Assembly (NCBI GenBank): GCA_963849325.1
Contig: CAWKHF010000007.1
Span: 352,001 to 416,000, forward strand
Source: an uncultured Planctomycetota bacterium
GTDB lineage: Bacteria > Planctomycetota > Planctomycetia > Gemmatales > Gemmataceae
DNA: 64,000 bases
Direction of reading: 5' to 3'
Under the pieces are notes generated by a model that saw only the letters and a list, made by a program, of their open reading frames with translations, was not told where the DNA came from and ran no database searches. The position numbers and the translations under genes are program-made. Each line of letters begins with the position of its first letter. The first letter of the stretch is position 1. This document shows positions 30,660 to 42,600 of this stretch, piece by piece.

Positions 30660-31115
30660 TTATCGATGTGACGCCTTCTTCCGCCGCGGTTCTGGTTTCT
30701 TGGCGGGCTGCCCAGGGTCTTTGTCTGCCGCTACCTCGGGTGCCGGAACGTCCCGCAGGGTCAAGGCGACCTCCTTGCCTAGCGCTGCGGCATAGCGACT
30801 GAGCGTGTTCCAGGTAGGGTTGATGCTCTGGCCGCTCTCCAGCCGGCTCAGGGCTGCCTTGTCGATGCCCGACCGCTTGGCCGCGTCGCCCAGACTCAAC
30901 CCCTGGCGCTCCCGCTCTCTCCGCAGAGATTCCATGATCCGGGCCAACTCCCAGTATGCCCCGAGCAGGACCGGCTCGCCGTACTCACCGGAAGCTGTTA
31001 GTTGTTCCAAGGTCGGTCGTTCCGCCTGGAACTTCTCGCGGATGGCCTTGTGCCGCGCTCGCTCCTCAGGTGTCCAGTCGATCTTGCAAGACAATCGCTT
31101 CTTCTCTCGGCTCAT
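30660..31115 (-). CDS. XRE-family helix-turn-helix protein, probable antitoxin
   Basis: Contains RERQGLSLGDAAKRSGIDKAALSRLESG..NPT; ATGA overlap with the upstream toxin-like gene. Confidence 0.82.
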   Translation of the reverse strand: MSREKKRLSCKIDWTPEERARHKAIREKFQAERPTLEQLTASGEYGEPVLLGAYWELARIMESLRRERERQGLSLGDAAKRSGIDKAALSRLESGQSINPTWNTLSRYAAALGKEVALTLRDVPAPEVAADKDPGQPAKKPEPRRKKASHR

Positions 31116-31399
31116 TTCTTCCTCCGCTTCTTCCTGGGCGGGTTCACCAGATAGGCCGTGATCGGGTAAGCCACCGGCGGGTCCGCCTGGACCTTCTGGA
31201 ATACCACGGCGAGATACTTGCCCGTCGAGGTCCAGCCGAACGTGATGGGGTTGCCACTGCTGGCACTCGCCACGGCTTCGTTCCAGTTGTCTTCCAGGAC
31301 TTCCTCGACTTCGTTCGCCGTTACGTCGTGCTCGGCAATGTGCCGAAGGTTTCCTTCCGGCTCGTCTTCCAAATCCCAAATGACCTGTACGTCGGCCAT
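31112..31399 (-). CDS. BrnT/RelE-like toxin, putative type II TA toxin
   Basis: 95 aa with the pattern IWD...GNLRHIAEHDVT..EVEEVL...G.T.TGKYLAVVF...PITAY. Confidence 0.7.
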   Translation of the reverse strand: MADVQVIWDLEDEPEGNLRHIAEHDVTANEVEEVLEDNWNEAVASASSGNPITFGWTSTGKYLAVVFQKVQADPPVAYPITAYLVNPPRKKRRKK

Positions 31400-31590
31400 G
31401 ACGTTCGCCCACGGGTCGAGTTCCGCCGCTTGTTGATTAAATTACAACACACGGGCCGTCTCCGCAAGGCCGGGAGCAAGGAACGAAGGGACGCCGGAAA
31501 GTCATCAACGCTGGCAGATCGGCGTTCCGGCCGGTATCATTACTCCCCATACTTGCCGCGAGGTACAGCGCATGACGATGGTATCCCTCC

Positions 31591-33147
31591 ATGACTGAGG
31601 CCGAGGTCATTCTGGAAGCAATCCGTGCCATCCGCCGGCCGATCCGCCTGATCGAAAGTGGTGGACGTTGTACCCTGGTCCCCCCGGAGGAGACCTCCGC
31701 GCCGTCGGGGGCACGGATGGCCTACGCCCCGGCCTGTCGCCTGGAAGACCTGGGCGATCCGACCTTCTGCGCCGATCATCGTATCCGCTATCCCTACCTC
31801 GCCGGGGCGATGGCTAACGGCATCGGCTCGGCCGACATCGTTGAGGCGATGGGACGGGCCGGCATGCTCGCCTTCTTCGGCGCCGCCGGCCTGCCGCTGC
31901 ACACCGTCGAGTCCGCCATCGACCGCATCCAGAAAAGCCTCGGCGACATTCCCTACGGTTTCAACCTCATCCACAGCCCCAGCGAACCGAGCCTGGAACG
32001 CGCCGTCGTCGAGCTGTATCTGCGTCGCGGCGTCCGACTCGTCGAGGCGTCAGCGTTTCTGGACCTGACTTTGCCGGTGGTGCGCTACCGGCTGCACGGC
32101 ATCCGCCGTGACCCGTCGGGCCGGATCGTCACGCCCAACCGCGTCATCGTCAAGGTGTCGCGCGTCGAGGTGGCCTCGAAGTTTCTGGCCCCGCCGCCGG
32201 AGCGCATGCTGCGCGAGCTGGTCGGCGAGGGCCATCTGACGGCGGAGCAGGCCGCGCTCGCCGCCCGCGTCCCGGTGGCCCGGGACGTGACCGCCGAGGC
32301 CGACTCCGGCGGCCACACCGATAACCGGCCAGCCATCACCCTGGTGCCGACGCTGCTGGCCCTGCGCGATCGTCTGCAAGCGCAGTACGGTTTCGAGGAG
32401 CCGTTGCGCGTCGGCGCCGCCGGCGGCATTGCCACGCCGGCCTCGGCCGCCGCCGCCTTCGCCATGGGGGCCGCCTACGTTCTGACCGGCTCCGTCAACC
32501 AGGCTTGCGTCGAGTCGGGCAGCTCCGACCTGGTGCGCGAGATGCTCGCCCAGGCTGAGCAGGCCGACACCATCATGGCCCCCGCCGCCGACATGTTCGA
32601 GATGGGCGTCAAGGTGCAGGTGCTCAAGCGCGGCACCATGTTCCCCATGCGCACCGCCAAGCTTTATGAGCTATACCGCGGCTATCCCAGCCTGGAAGCC
32701 CTGCCCGACGCCGAGCGCACCTTCCTCGAAAAGAACCTGTTCCGCGCCCCGCTCGACGACATCTGGGCGCAGACACGCGCCTTCTTCCTCCAGCGTGATC
32801 CGAGTCAGGTTCCGCGTGCCGAGGACGATCCGAAACATAAAATGGCCCTCGTGTTCCGCTGGTATCTCGGCCTATCGTCGCGCTGGGCCAACGCCGGGGA
32901 GCCGGCGCGGCGGATGGATTACCAGGTGTGGTGCGGCCCGGCCATGGGCGCCTTCAACGAGTGGGCCAAGGGATCCTTCCTCGAAGCGGCGCGCAATCGC
33001 CGAGTCGTCACCGTCGCCTTCAATATCCTATACGGGGCGGCGGTGCTGCTGCGCTTGCAGACCCTGCGCGGACAGGGCTTTCCCCTGCACCGCGACGGGG
33101 CGCGCGTAACGCCGCTGGAGCTGGAAGTGCTTGAGACCCTAATTTGA
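31591..33147 (+). CDS. pfaD: PfaD-family PUFA synthase enoyl reductase
   Basis: Motifs AGAMANGI, NLIHSP, VEASAF, AEADSGGHTDNRP, APAADMFEMGVKVQVLKRG and DYQVWCGPAMGAFN. Confidence 0.95.
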   Translation: MTEAEVILEAIRAIRRPIRLIESGGRCTLVPPEETSAPSGARMAYAPACRLEDLGDPTFCADHRIRYPYLAGAMANGIGSADIVEAMGRAGMLAFFGAAGLPLHTVESAIDRIQKSLGDIPYGFNLIHSPSEPSLERAVVELYLRRGVRLVEASAFLDLTLPVVRYRLHGIRRDPSGRIVTPNRVIVKVSRVEVASKFLAPPPERMLRELVGEGHLTAEQAALAARVPVARDVTAEADSGGHTDNRPAITLVPTLLALRDRLQAQYGFEEPLRVGAAGGIATPASAAAAFAMGAAYVLTGSVNQACVESGSSDLVREMLAQAEQADTIMAPAADMFEMGVKVQVLKRGTMFPMRTAKLYELYRGYPSLEALPDAERTFLEKNLFRAPLDDIWAQTRAFFLQRDPSQVPRAEDDPKHKMALVFRWYLGLSSRWANAGEPARRMDYQVWCGPAMGAFNEWAKGSFLEAARNRRVVTVAFNILYGAAVLLRLQTLRGQGFPLHRDGARVTPLELEVLETLI

Positions 33148-33149
33148 AC

Positions 33150-33293
33150 TAACCACGGAGTCACAGAGAACACAGAGAAGAAAAGACGAGGTAGAGATTG
33201 CGGTGTACATATTTATAAATTTTTGAGCGCTGGCCCTGCGATCTTTCCCTCTCTGCGTGTCTTTTCTCTGTGTCCTCTGTGACTCTGTGGTTA
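33150..33293. repeat. REP-like inverted repeat (ACCACGGAGTCACAGAGAACACAGAG family) with AT-rich spacer between pfaD and pfaA
   Basis: About 30-bp near-perfect arms. Confidence 0.85.
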
Positions 33294-33314
33294 ATTGCTT
33301 TTGAGGATGGCGGC

Positions 33315-36300
33315 TTGAACACGGCAGACGCGGCGAAACCTCTGGCGATCGTGGGCATCGGCTGTCTGTTCCCCGGCGCCGACAACGCGAGTGCGTACTG
33401 GGCGCGAATCCGCAACCGGGTCGATGCCATCACCGACGTACCGCCAAGCCACTGGCGGCCGGAGGATTACTACCACCCCGATCCGAAGGCCCCCGACCGC
33501 ATCTACACCGCGCGCGGCGGCTTTCTGCACGCCACGCCGTTCAACCCCGCTGCCTTTGGCATCGCTCCCAACAGCCTCGAAGCCACCGACACCGCCCAGT
33601 TGCTCGGTCTCGTCGTCGCCCAGCAGGCGCTGGCCGACGCCGGCTACGGCGAGGAGCGGTCGTTCGACAAAAGCCGTGTCTCGGTCATCCTCGGCGTCAC
33701 CGGCACCCTGGAGTTGGTGATCCCCCTGGGGGCACGCCTGGGGCACCCGATCTGGCGCCGCGCTCTCCGTGAGGCCGGCGTCGCCGAGGAGGTCGCCGAC
33801 GACGTGGTGCAGCGCATCGGCGACGCCTACGTCGGTTGGCAGGAGAACTCCTTCCCCGGCCTGCTCGGCAACGTCGTGGCCGGACGCATCGCCAACCGCT
33901 TCGACCTCGGCGGAACCAACTGCGTCGTCGATGCCGCCTGCGCCTCGTCGCTGAGTGCTCTCCACCTGGCCTGCCTGGAGCTGACCGCGGGCCGCGCCGA
34001 CATGGTGCTGACCGGCGGCGTCGATACGTTCAACGATATTTTCATGTATATGTGTTTCAGCAAGACGCCGGCCCTGTCGCCGACGGGTGACGCCCGACCG
34101 TTCGACGCCTCGGCCGACGGAACCATCCTCGGCGAGGGGCTGGGCATGGTCGTACTGAAACGCCTGGAGGATGCCCGCCGCGACGGCGATCGCATTTACG
34201 CGCGTGCTGCGCGGCCTTGGCTCGTCCAGCGATGGCCGGGGCAATGCCATCTACGCCCCGCGCGCCGCCGGACAGGTCGAGGCACTGCGCAAGGCGTACC
34301 GCGTGTCCGGCGTCACGCCCGATACGATCGAGCTGGTCGAGGCGCATGGCACCGGAACGCGCGTCGGCGACGCCACCGAGGCGGCGGCCTTGACCGAGGT
34401 TTACCGCGAGGCGGGACGCGAGGGACGGTGGTGTGCGCTGGGTTCGGTCAAATCGCAGATCGGCCACACCAAGGCGGCGGCGGGCGTCGCTGGTCTCATC
34501 AAGGCCGTGGCCGCTCTGCATCACAAGGTACTGCCACCGACGATCAAGGTCCAGCAGCCGGCCGAACCGCTGCAGGCCGGCGACAGCCCCTTCTATGTCA
34601 ACACGGAAGCCCGGCCGTGGATGCCATCGCCGTCGCACCCGCGCCGTGCCGCCGTCAGCGCCTTCGGCTTCGGCGGCAGTAACTTCCATTGCATCCTCGA
34701 AGAAGCCGGCCCGCACAAGGAAACGATCGACTGGGACGGCGATACGCAAATCCTCGCCTTCACCGGGGCCAGTCCAGCGGCGCTGGAACAGCAGTTGACC
34801 GAGTGGCCGGCGAACCTCGAATGGCCGGCATTCCGCGCTCACGCTGCCGAGACGCGGCGTCGCTGGGATGCGGGTGCCGCTTGTCGTCTGCTTCTCGTCG
34901 TCCCGCGCGACCGCACGGATTTATCGCACCTGCTGGAGCAAGCCCGCTCTCTACTGCGCAGTCAGGGCGAGAAGACGGCCTTTCGCAGTCCCGAGGGGAT
35001 TTTCTTCGGTCGCGGCCCCCGCGCGGGCAAGCTGGTCGTCCTCTTTCCGGGACAGGGGGCGCAGTACCCCGGCATGTTGCGCGATCTGGCCTGCCAGTTC
35101 CCGGCCTTGCACGACACACTGGCGCAGGCATGTCAGTCCGAAACGGAGAAAAGATACTTAATCGACCGTGTTTATCCACTTGTTTCCTTCACGGCTGAGG
35201 ACCGCCGCGCCAACGAGGACGCTTTGCGGGCGACCGAGGTAGCCCAGCCGGCGCTGGGGGCCGTCTCGTTGGGTGCCTGGCGCATCCTCGAACAATTCGG
35301 CGTCCGGGCGGACGCCGCCGCCGGGCACAGTTACGGCGAGTTGACCGCCCTGTGTGCCGCCGGACGCCTGAAGCCGGATGAGTTCTTCCGCCTCTCGCGG
35401 CTGCGCGGCCGGCTCATGGCCGACGCGGCCGGCGACGGCGGGGCCATGCTCGCCGTGCAGGCGACGCCCGAGTCCATCGCCGAGGTGCTCCGCGACGAAA
35501 AAATCGATGTCGTGTTGGCCAACAAGAACGCCCCACGGCAGACCGTGCTGTCGGGACGCACGGCCGACATCGAGCGTGCGGCGGCCGCTTTCGCGGCCCG
35601 ACAGATCCGTACCCAGCGCTTGAGCGTGTCGGCGGCGTTTCACAGCCCGCTCGTCGCCGCCGCCGCGGAGCCGTTCCGCGCTGCCCTCGAACAGGTCGCG
35701 TTTCATCCCGGCACCATGCCTGTCTTCGCCAACAGCACGGCGGAACCGTACCCCGATAACGACGCCGCGGCCCGCGATCGGCTTGCCGGACAACTGGCCC
35801 GGCCTGTCGAGTTCGTCCACGAAATCGAGCGCCTTCACGAAGCCGGCGTCCGCACCTTCCTCGAAGTCGGGCCGGGCCATCGCCTGACGGGCCTGGTCTC
35901 CGCGATCCTGCAAGACCGCGAACACGAGACCCTGGCACTGGACGCTTCCAATGGCCAGCGCTCGGGCACTTATGACCTGGCCTGCTGTCTGTCCGCCCTG
36001 GCCGCCCTGGGACACGACGTCCGTCTGGCGGCCTGGGATGCGGGCGTCCCACTGCCGCAAACGCCTTCCGAGCCGCGCAAGCAAGCCCTGCTGGTGCCCC
36101 TGTACGGGGCCAATTACGTCAAGCCAAAGCCAAAACGCCCGCCAAGTGAAACGCCGGCAACCGAGTCTCGACCCTTACCGAACGGAATTCCCAACCCGAC
36201 GATGAACGGACCCCACCCTCACGCCGCAGACCCCACTCCGGCCGCGCCTCCCGTGGACGGCACGGCTCTTGCCCAGGCCCTGCACCTGACGCGCGACAGC

Positions 36301-39300
36301 CTCGCCGCTCTGCAACGCATGCAGGACCAGACGGCGCAACTGCACCGCCAATTCCTCGACGGGCAGGACGCCGCCCAGCGCACCGTGCAATTGCTGGTCG
36401 AGCAGCAACAGCGTCTCCTGCAAGCCTCGCTCGGCCTGCCGGTCGGCCCCGCTTCGGCGCCGGCGCCGCTGCCTGCCGCGCGACCGGAACCGCCGCTCGC
36501 CGCACCCGTCACGAACCAGCCCGTAGGGTGGGCCGAGCCTGCGAGGCCCACCATGCTTCCGCCGGTGGGCCTCGCAAGCTCGGCCCACCCTACGCCTCCG
36601 ATTCCGCAACCCTCCCCGGTCTCGAATCAGCACATCGAGAGTATCTTGCTGGAGGTGATCGCGGAGAAGACGGGCTATCCGGCGGAGATGCTGGAGCTGG
36701 ACATGGCCCTGGATGCCGACCTGGGCATCGACTCGATCAAGCGTGTCGAGATTCTGTCGGCCTTGCAAGAGCGCCTGCCGCAAGCCCCGCTCATCAAGCC
36801 CGAGCACCTCGGCACTCTGCACAACCTCCGGCAAATCGCCGCCTTCCTCGCCGGAGCCAATGCGGCTGCGACAGCTCCCTCAGCCTCGGCCCCTCTCCCC
36901 CGAAGCGGAGGTGAAGGGAGCGAAACGGTAAGCTCTCGCTCGCTGAATGAGGAGCAAGTTCGCACGGTCCTCCTCGAAGTGATCGCGGAGAAGACAGGCT
37001 ATCCGGCGGAGATGCTGGAGCTGGACATGGCCCTGGACGCCGACCTGGGCATCGACTCGATCAAGCGCGTCGAGATCCTGTCGGCCTTGCAAGAGCGTCT
37101 GCCGCAAGCCCCACTCATCAAGCCCGAGCACCTCGGCACCTTGCACAACCTCCGGCAAATCGCCGCCTTCCTCGCCGGAGCCGGTGCGGCCAACGGAAAC
37201 GTCGAGAAGCCGGCCCCCGTGCAAGCGAAACAACAGATCGAAACGCCCGCCACGCCGGCCCGGCCCACGACAAGCGGCACTGTCGAAAGGAGCGTCCTGC
37301 GCGCGGTCTCGCTGGCGAATGCGTCCTCCCGGCAGCCGATTCGCTTGCAAACCGGGGCGGAAATCTGGGTGGCGACTGACGATACCGAGTTCGCCGAGGC
37401 GTTGGATCAGCGCTTGCGAACGCAGGGTTATCGACCGCGCCGCGTGTCGGTCGCGGCGCTCGCGGAACAGGAACGACCGGCGACGCTCGGCGGTTTGGTG
37501 ATCCTGGCACCTTCGCGGCAGGCGGATGATGCCTTTTTGAAACACGCTCTGTTCGGCTTGCGGCATGTCGCCTCTGCCTTGCGCCTGCCGGCCGGCAGGG
37601 CGGCGCCGTGTTCGCCACCCTCTCGCGCCTCGACGGCGCCTTTGGCCTGCTCGGTCTGGACAGCGGGCGCGATCCCCTCGATGGCGGTCTGGCCGGTCTG
37701 ACCAAGACGGCCGGACACGAATGGCCCGAGGTCCACTGCAAAGCCCTCGATCTGGCCGACGATTTCGCCGGCACCGACGAGGCCGCGGCTGCGGTCGTTG
37801 AGGAAATGTTTGTGTCTGGCCCCATCGAGGTGGGAATTTCGCGGACGCAGCGGCGCACCCTGGAGCATGTCGTGGAACCGCTGCGAACGGCCGCGAACAG
37901 CCCGTTCCAGCCCGGCGACCTCCTCGTACTGTCCGGCGGAGCGCGCGGCGTGACGGCCGAGGTCGCCGTGGCCCTGGCGCGGGCGTTTCGGCCCACGCTC
38001 GTCCTGCTGGGCCGCACGCCGGCGCCCGAGCCGGAACCCGCCTGGCTCGTCGCCCTGACCAGCGAGTCCGACATCAAGCGCGAACTCGGCAGCCGCGCCA
38101 ACGGCGATGCCTCGGTCAAGCGGATCGGCGAACAGTATCGCCTCGTGTCCGCCCAGCGCGAGATTCGACAGACGCTGGCTCGCATCGAGGAGGCCGGCGC
38201 TCGCGCTCTCTACCGCGCCGTGGACATCCGCGACGCCAACGCGGTCGCCGCCGTACTGACATCCCTATGTCACGAATTGGACGCACCCGTTCGCGGCCTC
38301 GTCCACGGCGCGGGCGTCCTGGCGGATGCCCGCATCGAGGACAAGACGCCCGAGCAGTTCGAGCGCGTCTACGGCACCAAGGTTGCCGGTCTGCGTTCGC
38401 TCCTGCGGGCAGTCGAGCCGGACGAGTTGCGCGCTCTCGTGTTGTTTTCGTCCTCGACGGGACGGTTCGGCCGCACGGGACAGGTCGATTACGCCATCGC
38501 CAACGAGGTGCTGAACAAGCTGGCCCGGCAGCAAGCGCGGCGGCTGCCGCGTTGCCGCGTCGTCGCCGTCAACTGGGGTCCGTGGGACGGCGGCATGGTG
38601 ACGCCCGCCCTCAAGAAGGTCTTCGAGCAGGAAGGCATCGGCCTCATCCCGTTAGAAGCCGGCGCCGATTATCTCGTTGAGGAGCTGCGTTCGCCGCCCG
38701 GCGATGCCGTGGAGGTCGTCGTCCTCGCCGTTGGCTCCACTCGTAGGTCCGGCGAGCCGAGCGGCACGGGAGTCCGGCTCGGCTCACCGGACCTACCGTC
38801 GTCGCTGCCGAACGCCTTCGAGCGTGTCCTGGATCGGGCGACGCATCCGGTGCTGGAATCGCACGTTCTCGATGGCCGTCCGGTGCTGCCGACGGTGCTG
38901 ATCCTCGAATGGTTGGCCCACGGCGCCCTGCATCAAAACCCCGGCCTGGTGTTCCACGGCTGCGACGACCTGCGCATTCTGCACGGCGTCATCCTCGATG
39001 GCGACACAGCGCCGATCCTGCGCGTCGGTGCCGGCAAGGCCGTCAAGCGCGAGGGCTTCTTCGTCGCCCCCGTGGAGCTGCGCGGCGTGCGCCGGATGGC
39101 CGCGAAGTGCTGCACGCCCGCGCCGAGATCGTGCTGGCGACCCAGTTGCCCCCCGCGCCGGCCGCTGCATCTGCCCCATCTTGTCGGCCTTACCCACGCT
39201 TGCCGGAGGAGGTCTACCAGGAGCTTCTCTTCCACGGTCCCGACCTGCACGGACTTGAGCACGTCGAGGGCTGCGGCGAACGTGGCATCATCGCTCGGGT

Positions 39301-39669
39301 GCGCAGCGCTCCGCCGCCGGCCGAGTGGATCGCATCGACCGCTGCGGCAGCGCTGGCTGGCCGATCCGCTGGTTCTCGATTGCAGCTTTCAGATGATGGT
39401 CGTCTGGAGCCAGGAGCGGCACGGCGCCCCGTCGCTGCCCTGCCACATTGCCCGCTATCGCCAGTATCAGCGCAGCTTTCCCGCCAGCCGGCGTCCGCGT
39501 CGCCGTGCGCGTGACGCGCGACAGCGACCTGCACGCCCTGGCCGACATCGACTACCTCGACGAGCAGGGCCGGCTCGTCGCCCGGCTGGAAGGATACGAG
39601 TGCGTCATCGATCCGGCCCTGCGCCGGGCCTTCGGCCGCCATCCTCTCACCTCCGCCACCGCATCCTGA
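33315..39669 (+). CDS. pfaA: PfaA-like iterative type I synthase (KS-AT-ACP-ACP-KR-DH); several frameshifts
   Basis: KS: DAACASS, EAHGTGT, GHTK. AT: FPGQG, GHSYG, AFHS. Two ACPs: LGIDSIKRVEI. KR: GGARGVT, YAIAN. DH: HVLDGRPVLP. Confidence 0.92.
36522..36594. repeat. GTAG-type REP doublet inside the pfaA AT-ACP linker
   Basis: 31-bp arms (CGTAGGGTGGGCCGAGC...) with one mismatch and an 11-nt loop, translated in frame. Confidence 0.88.
36655..37182 (+). repeat. Near-identical direct repeat encoding two ACP domains (36655-36858 and 36979-37182)
   Basis: About 204-bp copies, 324 bp apart, with identical protein sequence and a few synonymous differences. Confidence 0.92.
36876..36920. repeat. Degenerate half copy of the CCCCTCTCCCCCG palindrome in the ACP1-ACP2 linker
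   Basis: CCCCTCTCCCCCGAAGCGGAGGTGAAGGGAG resembles the right arm at 41133-41178. Confidence 0.65.
38743..38796. repeat. GTAG-type palindrome in the pfaA KR-DH linker
   Basis: 20-bp arms GTAGGTCCGGCGAGCCGAGC / GCTCGGCTCACCGGACCTAC with one mismatch; 54 bp, in frame. Confidence 0.85.
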
Positions 39670-39684
39670 ACGGAGCCATCGCGC

Positions 39685-42600
39685 ATGGGCGTCGAGTCCC
39701 CAAAAACGCCGTCGTCCTCGCCGCATGGGGAGGGCGGCCGGATCGCCATCGTGGCGATGGGCGGACGGTTCCCCTCGGCCGCGAACCCCGAGCGCCTGTG
39801 GGCAGCACATCCTCGCCGGCGCGGATGCGGCCCGGGAAGTGCCGCCCGGCCGCTGGCTGCTCGACCCGCGCGACGCTTACGACCCCGCCATCGCGCGCCC
39901 CGACCGCGTCTACTCGCTGCGCGGCTGTTTCCTCGACGAAATTCCGCTGCGATGTCTCGGAGTTCGACCTACCCGCCGACCTGCTGGCGCAGCTCGATCC
40001 GGTCTTTCACCTGGCCCTGCACGCCGGCCGACAGGCGTTCGCATCCGGCGTGACGCGCCGCCTCGACCGCCGCCGCGTCGGCGTCATCCTCGGCAACATC
40101 GCCCTGCCGACCGAGCGCGTCTCGGCCCTGGCTCGTGCCTACCTCGGCCGCACCTTCGCCGAAAAAATCGCGGACCCTGGCGGTGCCGGCAGACGTGCCC
40201 TCGCCGCTGAATCGTCACGTCCCCGGCCTCGTCGCCGCGATGCTGGCCCGCGCCCTCGGTCTGGGCGGCGGCAGCTACACGCTCGACGCGGCCTGTGCCT
40301 CGTCGCTGTACGCCTTGAAGCTGGCCGTGGACGAACTGCGGGCCGGCCGTGCCGACGCCATGCTGGCCGGCGGCGTGTCGCGCCCCGACTGCCTGTACAC
40401 GCAGATGGGCTTCTCGCAGCTCCGCGCCCTGTCGCCGAGCGGCCGCTGTAGTCCGTTCGACGCCCGCGCCGACGGCCTGGTGGTCGGCGAGGGCGCCGGC
40501 GTCTTCCTGCTCAAGCGTCTGCGAAGACGCCTTGCGCGACGGCGACCGCATCCTGGCCGTGATCGCCGGCATCGGCCTGTCCAACGACGTGGGCGGCAAT
40601 CTGCTGGCCCCCAACAGCGAGGGCCAGCTGCGGGCCATGCGCGCCGCCTACCGCGAGGCCGGCTGGATGCCGGCCGACGTCGATCTCATCGAGTGCCACG
40701 CCACCGGCACGCCGGTCGGCGATGCCGTCGAGTTCCAGAGCCTGCGGGCGCTGTGGGGCAACGAACGGCTGGCGGCCCGGCCAGTGCGTCGATCGGCTCG
40801 GTGAAATCGACCGTGGGCCACCTGCTGACGGCCGCCGGCGCGGCCGGCGTCGTCAAGGTGCTGTCCGCCTTGGAGGCGCAGGTGCTGCCGCCGACCGCCA
40901 ACTTCACGACCGCCGGCGCCGGGACTGGATTTCGAGGCCTCGCCCTTCCGCATCCTCCAGCGCGGCCGAGCCGTGGCAGCGCCGCGACGAGCGGGTGCCG
41001 CGCCGCGCCGCCGTCAGCGCCTTCGGCTTCGGCGGCATCAACGCGCATCTGCTGCTGGAAGAGTGGCTGCCGGCGTGCACTCCCCTCTCCCCCGCTTCGG
41101 GGGAGAGGGGTAGGGGGTGAGGGGGCGACCCACCCCCTCACCCCCTACCCCTCTCCCCCGAAGCGGGGGAGAGGGGAGCAAACGCCACCCGTCGCCATCG
41201 TCGGCATGGCCGCCCATTTCGGTCCCTGGAAATCGCTCCGCGCCTTTCAGCATCGCGTCCTCGGTGGTGACAGTGTCATGTCACCATCTCTACCGCGTCA
41301 CTGGTGGGGCGTCCCGGACAGCGCTTGGTTCCGCGAGCAGGGATTGGACGTGCGTTCCTTCGCCGGCTGGTACGTCGGTTCGGAAGCAACGGTCCACGCC
41401 GACCGTTTCCGCATCCCGCCGCGCGAGCTGCAAGAGACGCTGCCGCAGCAGTTGCTCATGCTGCAAGTAGCTGCCGAGGCCATCGACGCGGCGGGTTTGC
41501 CCGAGGAGCAGCGGCCGCACACCGGCGTCTTCATCGGCATCGGCCTCGACCTGAACACCACCAATTTCCATTTTCGCTGGTCGCTGGCGACCGGCCCTGC
41601 GCGACGCCGCCGGGCCGCCCTTGACCGCCAACCGGACGATGGGATCGCTCGGCAGCATCGTCGCCAGCCGCATCGCCCGCGAGTTCCACCTGGGCGGACC
41701 GAGCTTCACGATCAGCAGCGAGGAGAGCTCCGGACTGCGCGCCCTGGAGATCGCCGTGCGATGCCCTGCAGCGCGGCGAGATCGACCAGGCCGTCGTCGG
41801 CGCCGTCGATCTGGCCGGCGACGTCCGGGCCGTGCTCGCCGCCCACCAGCACCGACCCTTCTCCGCCTCCGGCCGCGCCTGTCCCTTCGACGCCGCTGCC
41901 GACGGCCCGCTGCCCGGCGAGGGGGCGGCCGCCGTCGTCCTCAAGCGCCTGGACGACGCCGTGCGCGACGGCGACACCATCCACGCTGTCATCCGTGGCA
42001 TCGGCGTCGCCGGCGGCGACCGCCGGACGTCCGACCGCCTACCAGGCTGCCCTCCGCCGCGGCTACGATGAGGCCGGCGTCGATCCCGCCTCGGTCTCCT
42101 ACGTCGAGACGCACGGCAGCGGCCACCCTGCCGAGGACGACGCGGAAGCGCAGGCCCTCGCCTCGTTCTTCGGCGCACACCCAGGGCCGCACCCCCTGGT
42201 ACTGGGCAGCGTCAAGGCCGACGTCGGCCACGCCGGCGCTGCGGCCGGCTTCGCCTCGCTCGTCAAAGCGTGCCTGTGCCTTGACCAGCAAATCCTGCCG
42301 CCGCTGCGCCATTTTGCACAAGAGCGGGCCGAATTATCGCAGGAATCCGGTCGCTTCCTCTTGCCGCGCAGCGCCGCAATACTGGCTGCGCGACCGCGCC
42401 GCCGGGCCGCGGCGCGCCGGGCGTCAGCGCCCTCGGCGTGGACGGCAACTGCGTCCACGTCGTCCTCGAAGCCTGGGAACCGGCTGCCTGCGCCGATCGA
42501 CCGGACCGTCTGCACCCGCTCGGCCGGCACACCGAGGCGCTGTTCGCGATCGAGGGCCGCGACGCCGGCGCGCTGATCGACGGCCTGGGCCGCTTACGCG

